Shown: piece by piece, positions 1-8,472 of the stretch
How the letters are laid out: every line of letters begins with the position of its first letter
Numbering within the stretch: the stretch's first letter is position 1
The notes under the pieces: model-generated
Told to the model about the DNA's origin: nothing
The model's input: only the letters and a program-made list of their open reading frames with translations
Databases searched by the model: none
Assembly: GCA_913020725.1 (NCBI GenBank)
Contig: CAJWCD010000094.1
Coordinates: forward strand, 1-14,431
Reading direction: 5' to 3'
From: an uncultured Pseudomonadota bacterium
GTDB taxonomy: Bacteria > SAR324 > NAC60-12
Length of the DNA: 14,431 nucleotides
Position numbers and translations under genes: made by a program

Positions 1-496
1 AGGCCATCATAATTTCATCCTTATAGGCCGAGTGCAGCAAATCGTTCCAGCACTTGGGCACTGGCAGCCCTTTCTTGGCGAGCAGTTCCGTGTTGTATCC
101 GTATCCTAGCGCCCCCAAGTAAATGCCCACGGTTTTGCCTCCCGTGGCTTGGTGCGGGGTTTTGGCCCAGTCGTGCAACTCGCTCAACTTTGGGGAGTTG
201 TAGGGTTGAGATAGCCCTTCCTCTGCTGCTTGCAGATGAGGGTCTCCTGTGCCGCCCCACCAGACATCACCCTTGGGATTGGACTTCTCTGCTCGAATCT
301 TAGTCAGGGTTTCCCCGGTACTCGCGCGGGTCATGCTCACTCTGATGCCAGTGCGCTTCTCAAACTCTTTTTTCATAAGCTCACACCACTGGATATCCGT
401 GCTGCAATAGTAAGTCAGCCGTTTCGCCGCATATGCCGGCAGTGCGGTTGCGGCGAGCAGTGCGGACACCAGCACCATGCGTAGCAATGTTTTCAT
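1..496 (-). CDS. afuA: ABC transporter substrate-binding protein, AfuA/FbpA-type (sugar-phosphate or Fe3+ family); 5' part only, runs off the left edge
   Basis: Hand-translated, not in the ORF track. ATG at 496 with AAGGAGAG SD (502-509). MKTLLRMVLVSALLAATALPAYA signal peptide, then RLTYYCSTDIQWCELMKKEFEKRTGIRVSMTRASTGETLTKIRAEKSNPKGDVWWGGTGDPHLQAAEEGL...GIYLGALGYGYNTELLAKKGLPVPKCWNDLL, open to position 1. These motifs match the AfuA-like binding-protein subfamily. Confidence 0.85.
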   Translation of the reverse strand, partial: MKTLLRMVLVSALLAATALPAYAAKRLTYYCSTDIQWCELMKKEFEKRTGIRVSMTRASTGETLTKIRAEKSNPKGDVWWGGTGDPHLQAAEEGLSQPYNSPKLSELHDWAKTPHQATGGKTVGIYLGALGYGYNTELLAKKGLPVPKCWNDLLHSAYKDEIMMA

Positions 497-527
497 ATCA
501 TCTCTCCTTGAGAAGGATTCACAAAAT

Positions 528-550
528 CCAACCCCAGTACTGAGGGTTGG
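528..550 (-). other. Stem-loop in the leader of the afuA-like gene (possible weak terminator/attenuator or mRNA stabiliser)
   Basis: Minus-strand RNA CCAACCCU-CAGUACU-GGGGUUGG (8-bp stem with one U-G pair) followed by AUUUUGUG, ending 31 nt before the ATG. Confidence 0.45.
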
Positions 551-561
551 GGAAGCCTAGT

Positions 562-590
562 TTTGTAAAAGTTTTGGTTACGATAGTCAA
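562..590 (-). promoter_or_regulatory. Candidate sigma70 promoter for the afuA-like gene
   Basis: TTGACT (590-585), 17-nt spacer, TACAAA (567-562) on the minus strand in an AT-rich intergenic region. The -10 is imperfect. Confidence 0.3.
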
Positions 591-610
591 ACTTTTTTGC
601 AAAATTCTGG

Positions 611-629
611 TTGGGACAGCGTTCCCCAA
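611..629. promoter_or_regulatory. Possible LacI/GalR-family operator between divergent genes
   Basis: TTGGGACAGCGTTCCCCAA: imperfect palindrome with central CG and the A-N-CG-N-T core typical of LacI-family sites. Confidence 0.3.
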
Positions 630-814
630 TCTGATATCGTTCTTCTTGGGTGAATTGCGTGTAGTCTCTCATCGATGCCCTTATACTTGTCGGTTCAAAA
701 GGCTCTGATGCTGACGCAGCTTGCCTCTTTTCACCAGACGATGAATTGCACTTTCGAGTTGAATTTGCGGAAAAATGTCAATTTCCACCACAACCACCTG
801 CTCCCCGGAGGAAC

Positions 815-1687
815 ATGCCCCGATTCCCGTTTGCCATACTACTCGCCTCTTTGGCACTGGTCCAACCACTTTACGCCGAAGAGGCCCGTGTCATCATGCA
901 GAGGGTGCTGGACCGCGACAATGGCTTCTCGGAAGTCTCGCGGACCAAGCTCGCCACTTGTCGCTATGTCAAGAAATCGAAACGACTGGTTTGCGCGGAA
1001 GCTCCCCGTGTAAAGGTGTTCGAGAGCGTCCGCAAGGACTTTTCTGTTGCAGACGGAGAGGATTCAAAATCGGTGATGATCCTCCGCAAGCCTGCCGGAG
1101 AAAAGGGCATCGGCTTCCTCCAGTACGACTACGAGGTGCAAGGGCGGGATTCGGATCAGTGGATGTACCTCGCCGCACTCGGCAAGGTGAAGCGCATTAT
1201 CGCAGGCAGTGACGACGAACCCAAAACCGGCAGTTTCTTCGGTTCCGAAATCGGCTATGAAGATTTGGAGGCGCGGCACCTTGATGACTACACCTACAAA
1301 TTGCTCAAAACCGTCACCTACCGCAAACGCTCCTGCTGGGTGCTTGAGAGCAAACCGACCCCAGAACACGCCCGCAAGAGCAACTACAGCCGCTCCATCC
1401 AGTGGATTGACCAAGAGCGTTTGCTCTCCCTGAAAATTCTGCTTTACGACCGCAAAGGGCAACCCGCCAAGCAGATCGTCTCCACCAACATCGAGCAGAT
1501 CGGCGGCATCTGGATTGCCCGCCGAACGCATGTCAACAATGTCCAGACCCGTCGCCAGACAACGATGGCCTTGGAGTCGGTCGCCCTCAATATCGAGGTC
1601 TCCGACGAATTTCTCACCCAGCGCACCCTCACAGACTCGGCGTTTCGGGAGTCCATTCTTCAGGACTTGGTACGCACCCTTGACTGA
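815..1687 (+). CDS. Outer membrane lipoprotein-sorting protein, LolA-like family (periplasmic), ~290 aa
   Basis: In-frame ATG at 815 with GGAGG SD (807-811) preferred over TTG 746. Signal peptide MPRFPFAILLASLALVQPLYA. Family motifs PAGEKGIGFLQYDY, DSDQWMYLAALGKVKRI, GSFFGSEIGYEDL, YDRKGQPAK, EQIGGIWIAR, DEFLTQRTL. Confidence 0.85.
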   Translation: MPRFPFAILLASLALVQPLYAEEARVIMQRVLDRDNGFSEVSRTKLATCRYVKKSKRLVCAEAPRVKVFESVRKDFSVADGEDSKSVMILRKPAGEKGIGFLQYDYEVQGRDSDQWMYLAALGKVKRIIAGSDDEPKTGSFFGSEIGYEDLEARHLDDYTYKLLKTVTYRKRSCWVLESKPTPEHARKSNYSRSIQWIDQERLLSLKILLYDRKGQPAKQIVSTNIEQIGGIWIARRTHVNNVQTRRQTTMALESVALNIEVSDEFLTQRTLTDSAFRESILQDLVRTLD

Positions 1688-1696
1688 GGTTTTCCG

Positions 1697-3106
1697 GTGC
1701 GCTTCGGCTTGATCTTCCTGCTTGTGCTGGGGTATGCGCTTCCCTTGCACAGCCAGCAGGAAGCGTTTCCGGATTCCTTCGTTAAGGAAGCCGAGGTCGC
1801 GGGGCTGGACGATTCCTCAGCAACAGACGAGTTCGGATTCGAGGAACTGGAGCCGGAGATGGCATTGGTCGCTCCAGAAGCTTCTGACCCGGAAACCACG
1901 TCCAGCCTTCCGGATCAGCGCTGGACCTTCCTGCACGATGCCACCTATCGTCCCCATCAGCAGCGCACTGTCAGCAACCGTCTCTCCCTGCGCTTGGAGT
2001 TGGAGCAGTTGCTGGGCAAACACGCTTTTCTGCGCTTTGACGGCAAGGCGGCGTATAATTTCGTTTACGACCGTTTTGTATTTACGGAGCGGAACTATCC
2101 AGAAGTCATCCGCGAAAAATACCGAATTCACCGAACATGGCGCGAAGGTTATCTGCAACTGAGTTTCGGAAATATTTCCCTCAAGCTCGGACAGCAGATC
2201 GTGGTTTGGGGAAAATCGGATGCTTCGGTTGTCACCGATCTCGTCAGCCCTCGCGACCAAACCGAGTGGTTTTCCACACCTGTGGATGAGGCTCGCCTCG
2301 GACAGCGGATGTTTGTCCTCGACTTCTATCCCGCTCCGAACCAGCAACTCACGCTGATCGCCAATCCGGACCCGCAGGTGAATGCCTACGCTCCCACCGG
2401 ACACGAATACGCCCTCGTGGCCTCAAGTGCCCTCACCATCCTCCCGGAGCAACGTCCCGGATTCGACGGAACGGACACCGAGTACGGGCTGCGCTGGGGG
2501 TTCACAGTGGGTGGCAGCGATTTCAGTTTGCTGGCAGCCGACTTGGTGGACAACGACTATGTGCTGGCGCTGGAAGGCTTGGCTCTGCGTCCACAGTACC
2601 AACGCTTCCGGATGCTGGGATTCGGCCTCAATGTGGGATCAGGAAAGTTTCTCTGGAAAGGCGAGATTGCGGCTTATTCCGGAAAGGGCTTCACGACGAC
2701 CACTGACAGTGCCGAACCCGACGGGATCACGGAGCGGGATGTGGTTGCCGTTGCGCTGGGATTCGACTACACGAGTGCCGCCAACGATCAAATCACGCTG
2801 GAAGCCTCCAATCACCACATCCGGGACTGGCACTCCTCCCTGACCAACACCCTCAAAAATACGGGCAATGTGCTGCTAAGTTGGTCCCGGGATTTCCTCG
2901 GTGAGACGCTAACTCCGGAGTACGCGTTTGCGTGGGAGCCGAACAACGGTGACTCGTTGCATCAACTCCAACTCAGCTACGACTGGAACGATGCCCTCAC
3001 GCTCAAGTTCGGCGGCTTCACTATTTTGGCGGAAAAAGACACCACCACTTTCGGACGCTTCAAGCCGCTCCGGCAGGTGCAAACTCAGATGCGCGTGGTG
3101 TTCTGA
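1697..3106 (+). CDS. Putative outer-membrane beta-barrel protein, DUF1302-like, 469 aa
   Basis: GTG start 9 nt after the upstream stop, with GAGG SD. Signal peptide and acidic N-terminal linker. Motif WREGYLQL...LKLGQQIVVWGKSD...TDLVSPRD, amphipathic beta-strands and a C-terminal Phe (QMRVVF). Confidence 0.7.
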   Translation: MRFGLIFLLVLGYALPLHSQQEAFPDSFVKEAEVAGLDDSSATDEFGFEELEPEMALVAPEASDPETTSSLPDQRWTFLHDATYRPHQQRTVSNRLSLRLELEQLLGKHAFLRFDGKAAYNFVYDRFVFTERNYPEVIREKYRIHRTWREGYLQLSFGNISLKLGQQIVVWGKSDASVVTDLVSPRDQTEWFSTPVDEARLGQRMFVLDFYPAPNQQLTLIANPDPQVNAYAPTGHEYALVASSALTILPEQRPGFDGTDTEYGLRWGFTVGGSDFSLLAADLVDNDYVLALEGLALRPQYQRFRMLGFGLNVGSGKFLWKGEIAAYSGKGFTTTTDSAEPDGITERDVVAVALGFDYTSAANDQITLEASNHHIRDWHSSLTNTLKNTGNVLLSWSRDFLGETLTPEYAFAWEPNNGDSLHQLQLSYDWNDALTLKFGGFTILAEKDTTTFGRFKPLRQVQTQMRVVF

Positions 3107-3116
3107 TTTTTCGCTT

Positions 3117-4298
3117 TCAGAGTGCCGATTGTACCCTCATCTCCACTACAGGGCCGTTGATGAACCGAGGGGCAAGCAGGGCAATAGCGAGGCAGAAGAG
3201 CACAAGGAAACCGAGCGCAAGGCGTAGCCCGAAGCCTTCGGCAGTGAGGCCGATAAGCGGTGGGCCGATGAGGAAACCGCTGTAGCCCAAGGTGGAGACT
3301 CCGGCGATCCCGGAACCCGCAGAGGTTCCGGGAAGGCGGCTGGCGGCGCTGAAGAGGATCGGAACGATGTTGGCCACGCCGAGTCCCATGCAACCAAAGC
3401 CCAGCATCGCGGCTTCCGGAGTGCCAATCGCCAAGCCGACCGCCAAGCCACTGGCCCCGATGAAGGCCGAGCAGCGCAGCACTACGGCGGGACCGAACCG
3501 CGTTACAAGCCGATCTCCCGCAAAGCGACTGAGGGTCATGGTGAGGCAGAACATAGTGAACGTCAGCGCTGCTGTCTGGGCACTGGCTTCCAGCGTGTTC
3601 CGGACATAAATTGCGGACCAATCCACCGAGGCTCCCTCGACCATCATCCCAAGCACCGCGAGCAACCCCAACGCCAACACTGGCCCTCTCGGAATTGCAA
3701 TCATCGGCGCCTGCTCTCCGGGAACGTCCTCGGCGGGAGGCAACAGGAACAGCCCGCAGGCCAGCACCAGCCCCGCCAGCACGACAACGACCGATCCCGT
3801 GTGCTGAAACGGGGTCACATCCCAACCCAGCACCACGCTGGCGATCCCACCACCAAGCAGGGTGCCGAGGCTGAAAGCCCCGTGAAACGAGGACATGAGC
3901 GGTCGGCCATAGCCCTGCTCCACCGCAGCAGCCTGAACGTTCATGGAGACATCCATCATGCCGTTGCCCATGCCGACCGCGAGCAGGAACGGCGTCATCA
4001 GTGCCATCGTGGGCACAAGCGTGATCATGGGAACCGCTCCCAACAGCAGAAGACAGCCCAGCACCGTGAGGATGCGGCTACCAAACCGCTGGATCAAGCG
4101 GGCCGTCGTCAGCATCATGGCAATCCCCCCCACCGCCGGCAGCAGCAGCGCAAAACCCATCGTCGCCTCGGTCAGTTCTAGCTTGCGCTGCAACCACGGA
4201 AAGTGCGGGACAATCGAGGCGAAGCTGAGTCCGTTCGCCATGAAGATCAGCGTGACCGCCCAACGGGCGCGTTGCAGCTTGGAAGTGGGTAAACTCAT
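3117..4298 (-). CDS. MFS transporter (YbjJ-like), 393 aa
   Basis: About 12 hydrophobic segments. Loop motifs RLIQRFGSR and GDRLVTRFGP, plus GMMDVSMNVQA, MSSFHGAFSLG, EGASVDWSAIY and LGYSGFLIGPPLIG. Confidence 0.88.
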   Translation of the reverse strand: MSLPTSKLQRARWAVTLIFMANGLSFASIVPHFPWLQRKLELTEATMGFALLLPAVGGIAMMLTTARLIQRFGSRILTVLGCLLLLGAVPMITLVPTMALMTPFLLAVGMGNGMMDVSMNVQAAAVEQGYGRPLMSSFHGAFSLGTLLGGGIASVVLGWDVTPFQHTGSVVVVLAGLVLACGLFLLPPAEDVPGEQAPMIAIPRGPVLALGLLAVLGMMVEGASVDWSAIYVRNTLEASAQTAALTFTMFCLTMTLSRFAGDRLVTRFGPAVVLRCSAFIGASGLAVGLAIGTPEAAMLGFGCMGLGVANIVPILFSAASRLPGTSAGSGIAGVSTLGYSGFLIGPPLIGLTAEGFGLRLALGFLVLFCLAIALLAPRFINGPVVEMRVQSAL

Positions 4299-4306
4299 CT
4301 CCGGAA

Positions 4307-5950
4307 TCAGGTGAGTCTGCCAATGAAGAACCCGTATCCGGGGAGGTGGAGTTTACCGTTCTCGACACGCCCTGCTTGCGCAAGTGACTTTGGAGTACAG
4401 TCCTCAACGAGGTCGGCAGACAAAGCCGTCATGCGTTCCTTTCCGGAGAAATTCCCAGCCACGAGTATCGTTTCACTGCCGGATTTCCGCTCAAAGACAT
4501 AGCAATCGTTTTCGGTGGAAACCACCTGAAAACTTCCAGTCTGCAAGGCGGGAGAGCTTTTGCGAATCCGGAGCAACCCTCGGACAGCTTGCAGGGTGCT
4601 GCGATCCTCCTGCTCCGCATCCTCCAGCGTGTTGGGAGCGGTAGCGGGCAACCATGGCTTGGCACCGGAATTGAAGCCCTGTTGCGTCGCAGAAGAGGAC
4701 CACGGAAAGGGGGTGCGACAGCCATCGCGTCCCACAATTTCCGGCCACATCCGAATGCCGTAGGGGTCTTGAAGCTGATCCTTGCGGATCGGGTATTCCG
4801 GCATGTCCAGTTCATCACCGTAGTAGAGAATCGGCGTACCGCGCAGAGTGAGTAGCAGGCCGAGCAGCATCTGCTGGTATTCGGGTTTTTCAGCGCAGCC
4901 CAAGCGTGAGAACAGGCGTGTGCAATCGTGATTACCGAGCGACCAACAGGGCCAACCCTCTCCGCTGTGTTTTTCGGTCAACGCAACCGCTGTAGCGAAG
5001 TAATCGTGGTCCACAAGATCGTTGAGCAGTGCAAAGCTGTAAGCCATGTGCAACCGCTCCGGTCCGTTCGCATAGTCCGCCGTCATTTTGATGGTGCCCT
5101 CCAAATCGTGCGAACCGCCCACCTCACCGATTGAGGTGAGGTGGGTGCCCTCATCAAGCACCTTCCGGAGCATGGCAATGAAGTCGAAGTTCTCCGGACG
5201 GTCTTTGGAGTAGCAGGAGATGTAGTGAAAAAACGGGTTGGAGGACTTGTCGGTTTCAAGATGCGCGAGATCGTCCGGTTTGCGGGGATTGTCGCGGAAC
5301 TGCTGGTCGTAAGCGAAGAAGTTTGCCGTGTCGAAGCGAAACCCGTCAGTACCCCGCTGCACCCAAAAACGCACCACCTCGAACAGGGCCTCGCGCACTT
5401 CTGGATGGTACCAGTTGAGGTCGGGCTGTTCCCTGAGAAAGCTGTGCATGTACCACTGCCCGCGTTGTTCGTCAAAGGTCCATGCCGGTCCTCCAAAGAC
5501 ACTCAGCCAGTTGTTCGGCAACGAACCGTCTGGCTTGGGATCCACCCAAACGTACCAGTCTGCTTTGGGGTTGCTGCGATCCTGCCGGGATTCTTGGAAC
5601 CACGGATGTTGGTCCGATGAGTGGTTGAGGACAAGGTCGAGAACGATCTTGATGCCGCGTTGGTGGGCTTCGGCGACAAGTTTGTCGAAATCGGCCAGCG
5701 TCCCGAACATCGGGTCAATATCGCAGTAGTCGCTGACATCGTAACCAAAATCCGCCATCGGCGAAGTGAAGAACGGCGAGAACCAGATGGCGTCAATGCC
5801 GAGGCCACCGCCCTTGCCGTCATTGAGGTAGTCCAGTTTCTCTGTGACCCCTTGAAGGTCGCCAATGCCGTCGTTGTTGGCATCGCGGAAACTGCGCGGG
5901 TAGATTTGATAGAAGACGGCGGATTTCCACCAGTTTGGGTCAATTGTCAT
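4307..5950 (-). CDS. aglA: Alpha-glucosidase, GH13, 547 aa
   Basis: WWKSAVFYQIYPRSFRDANNDGIGDL and DFGYDVSDY, with catalytic triad regions GFRFDTANFF, IGEVG and SLGNHD, plus GRDGCRTP. No signal peptide. Lies in the same gene run as aglEFG. Confidence 0.9.
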   Translation of the reverse strand: MTIDPNWWKSAVFYQIYPRSFRDANNDGIGDLQGVTEKLDYLNDGKGGGLGIDAIWFSPFFTSPMADFGYDVSDYCDIDPMFGTLADFDKLVAEAHQRGIKIVLDLVLNHSSDQHPWFQESRQDRSNPKADWYVWVDPKPDGSLPNNWLSVFGGPAWTFDEQRGQWYMHSFLREQPDLNWYHPEVREALFEVVRFWVQRGTDGFRFDTANFFAYDQQFRDNPRKPDDLAHLETDKSSNPFFHYISCYSKDRPENFDFIAMLRKVLDEGTHLTSIGEVGGSHDLEGTIKMTADYANGPERLHMAYSFALLNDLVDHDYFATAVALTEKHSGEGWPCWSLGNHDCTRLFSRLGCAEKPEYQQMLLGLLLTLRGTPILYYGDELDMPEYPIRKDQLQDPYGIRMWPEIVGRDGCRTPFPWSSSATQQGFNSGAKPWLPATAPNTLEDAEQEDRSTLQAVRGLLRIRKSSPALQTGSFQVVSTENDCYVFERKSGSETILVAGNFSGKERMTALSADLVEDCTPKSLAQAGRVENGKLHLPGYGFFIGRLT

Positions 5951-5973
5951 TTGTTGAGTTGATCTTGAGGGAA

Positions 5974-8472
5974 TTAGACAGGAGATTTCACCGGGACCGC
6001 CCGGAGATTCCAGATCTCCTCGGCGTACTGCCGGATAGTGCGGTCGCTCGAAAAGCTTCCGGCTCCGGCGGTGTTTTGGATGGACATGCGTGTCCAGCGT
6101 TCCGGATCACGCCACGCCGACTCCACACACTCATGGCATTCCGCATAACTGGCGAAGTCAGCCAGCAGCAGATAATGGTCGCTGAAAACGAGGGAGTCGT
6201 GCAGGTCTCGGAAGCCTTCGCCCTTCCCGGATGCAAGCTTGCCTTTAACCAGTAATTTCAGCGCCGCTTTGAGTTCTGGATTACGATGTAACGTCTCCTC
6301 CGGATTGTAACCACCTTCCCGAACCTCCTGAACTTCCGGTGTCGTGAGCCCAAAAATGAAGCCGTTTTCTGCTCCAACCGCAGCAAGGATTTCGACGTTT
6401 GCGCCGTCGAGTGTACCGAGGATGGGAGCGCCGTTGAGGACGAATTTCATGTTGCTCGTTCCGGAAGCTTCCGTGCCTGCGGTGGAGATGTGTTGGGAGA
6501 GATCGGCGGCAGGAATCAGTTTTTGTGCCGCTGCGACTCCGTAGTTTGGGACAAAGACGAGCCGGAGTTTTTCATGCACCCGTGCGTCCTGTTCCAGCAA
6601 CTGACTGATCGCAATGGCGAGGCGGATGATCTCCTTGGCCATGTGATAGCCCGGAGCGGCCTTGCCCGCGAGGATGACTGTGCGCGGCGTGAGATCGAGG
6701 TTCGGGTTGTCCTTGAGCCGGAGGTAGTCATGAAGGACGTGCAGCAGGTTGAGCAGTTGCCGCTTGTACTCGTGGATGCGTTTGATCTGCACGTCAAAGC
6801 GCGTCTGTGGATCAACCGAGAGTCCGTGCATCTGCTGGAGCCATTCCGCGAACTGCGCTTTTTTGCGCCTTCGCACCGTCCGCCATGCTTCCTGAAACAC
6901 CTTGTCTTCCGACTTGCCCCGCAGCTTTTGAAGCTGCTCCAAATCCGTGACCCACGATGCGCCAATCTGCTCGGTGATGAGGTCCGCGAGTTCCGGATTC
7001 GCGCACTTGAGCCAAAGACGCGGGGTGATGCCGTTGGTCTTGTTCTGGAAGCGTTCCGGAAAGAGTGAGTGAAAGTCGCGGAACACGGTGGTCTTGAGCA
7101 GTTCCGTGTGCAGGGCCGCGACGCCGTTGACCGCATGGCTACCGACGATGGCGAGGTGCGGCATCCGCACCTGCTTGGGGTTGCTCTCCTCAATCAGAGA
7201 AATTCGATTCAGCAATGCGCCGTCGTCCGGACGGATTTTCACCACTTCGCTGAGGAAGTGCTTGTTGATCTCATAGATGATTTCGAGGTGCCGAGGCAGC
7301 AAGTGCCCAAGCAGGTCCACCGACCACTTTTCCAGCGCCTCCGGAAGCACCGTGTGGTTCGTGTAGGCGAACGTGCGGGTGGTCAAGCCCCAAGCGTGGT
7401 TCCACTCCAAGCCTTTCTCGTCCACTAGCAGGCGCATCAGTTCCGCAATCGCAATCGAGGGATGCGTATCGTTGAGTTGGATGGCCACCTGCTCCGGAAG
7501 CCGATTCCAGTCCGTGTGCCGATCACAAAAACACCCCAGCAAATCCTGAAGCGACGCGGAGACAAAGAAATACTGCTGCTTGAGCCGCAGTTCCTTTCCG
7601 GAAAAGCCCTGATCGTTGGGGTAGAGGACTTTGGAGATCGTCTCCGCCTGCTGTTGTTCCGCGACCGCTGCAAGGTAGTCCCCCCGGTTGAAGGCGTGGA
7701 AATCGAAGTTCCGGGAGGCGCGTGCCTGCCAGAGCCGCAAGTTGTTGACCGTGCGATTTTGGTAGCCTGCGATGGGCACATCGTAAGCCACGGCCAGTGC
7801 AGGTTCCGTGTCGATCCAGCGTTTGCGAAAACCGTTCGGGCTTTCGGGATGCGGTTCCACGGTTCCGTAGAACTGCACGGGGCAGGTCAGTTCGTGGCGC
7901 GGGATTTCCCAAGGATAGCCCTGCTCCAGCCAGTTGTCCGGAGTCTCAAGCTGCTCACCGTTGCGGAAGCGCTGCTCGAAGATGCCGTATTCGTAGCGGA
8001 TGCCGTAGCCCTGCGCCGGAAGTTGCAGCGTGGCCATCGAGTCGAGAAAGCACGCGGCCAACCGACCAAGTCCGCCGTTGCCAAGTCCGGCATCGTGTTC
8101 CAGTTCTTCCAACTCTTCCAAGTCGTAACCGATCTGCGCCATCGCGTCTTGACAGACTTCGTAAATGCCGAGATTGACGAGATTGTTGCGCAGGCTGCGC
8201 CCCACGAGGTATTCCAGCGAGAGGTAATAGACCTGCTTCGCGCCACGCTCGCGGTAGGTCTGTTGCGTGTCATTCCAGAATTCCACCAGCCGATCCCGAA
8301 TGGAAAGGGCGAGACTCTGGTAGAGGTCGAAATGGGTGGCGGTGTAGCGAATCTTACTCTGAGAAAACTCCAGATGGTCGGCAACTGCCCGCAACAAACC
8401 CTCGGCGTCAAGGGGCTGATAGGTGGCCATCAGTTCCCAGAGCTTCTCGGTTTCCGGACGATTTTGTGGCAT
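5974..8472 (-). CDS. glgP: Glycogen/starch/alpha-glucan phosphorylase (GT35), 832 aa
   Basis: DAGLGNGGLGRLAACFLDS, LRLKQQYF, IQLNDTHP, AYTNHT, QIKRIHEYKRQLLN, PLP-lysine motif EASGTSNMKF, FSSDRTIRQYAEEIW. Start overlaps the glgB stop (TGATG). Confidence 0.96.
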   Translation of the reverse strand: MPQNRPETEKLWELMATYQPLDAEGLLRAVADHLEFSQSKIRYTATHFDLYQSLALSIRDRLVEFWNDTQQTYRERGAKQVYYLSLEYLVGRSLRNNLVNLGIYEVCQDAMAQIGYDLEELEELEHDAGLGNGGLGRLAACFLDSMATLQLPAQGYGIRYEYGIFEQRFRNGEQLETPDNWLEQGYPWEIPRHELTCPVQFYGTVEPHPESPNGFRKRWIDTEPALAVAYDVPIAGYQNRTVNNLRLWQARASRNFDFHAFNRGDYLAAVAEQQQAETISKVLYPNDQGFSGKELRLKQQYFFVSASLQDLLGCFCDRHTDWNRLPEQVAIQLNDTHPSIAIAELMRLLVDEKGLEWNHAWGLTTRTFAYTNHTVLPEALEKWSVDLLGHLLPRHLEIIYEINKHFLSEVVKIRPDDGALLNRISLIEESNPKQVRMPHLAIVGSHAVNGVAALHTELLKTTVFRDFHSLFPERFQNKTNGITPRLWLKCANPELADLITEQIGASWVTDLEQLQKLRGKSEDKVFQEAWRTVRRRKKAQFAEWLQQMHGLSVDPQTRFDVQIKRIHEYKRQLLNLLHVLHDYLRLKDNPNLDLTPRTVILAGKAAPGYHMAKEIIRLAIAISQLLEQDARVHEKLRLVFVPNYGVAAAQKLIPAADLSQHISTAGTEASGTSNMKFVLNGAPILGTLDGANVEILAAVGAENGFIFGLTTPEVQEVREGGYNPEETLHRNPELKAALKLLVKGKLASGKGEGFRDLHDSLVFSDHYLLLADFASYAECHECVESAWRDPERWTRMSIQNTAGAGSFSSDRTIRQYAEEIWNLRAVPVKSPV

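Noticed and set aside
21..484. ORF-track ORFs 21-260 (-) and 230-484 (+)
   Set aside because: Alternative-frame and antisense overlaps of the real afuA-like gene.
655..687. Plus-strand promoter TTGCGT...TATACT for the LolA-like gene
   Set aside because: The -10 is good but the 21-nt spacer is too long, so it cannot be supported as a sigma70 promoter.
746..814. ORF-track N-terminal extension of the LolA-like gene (TTG 746)
   Set aside because: ATG 815 has an SD and begins a proper signal peptide, whereas the extension is Pro-rich and lacks an SD.
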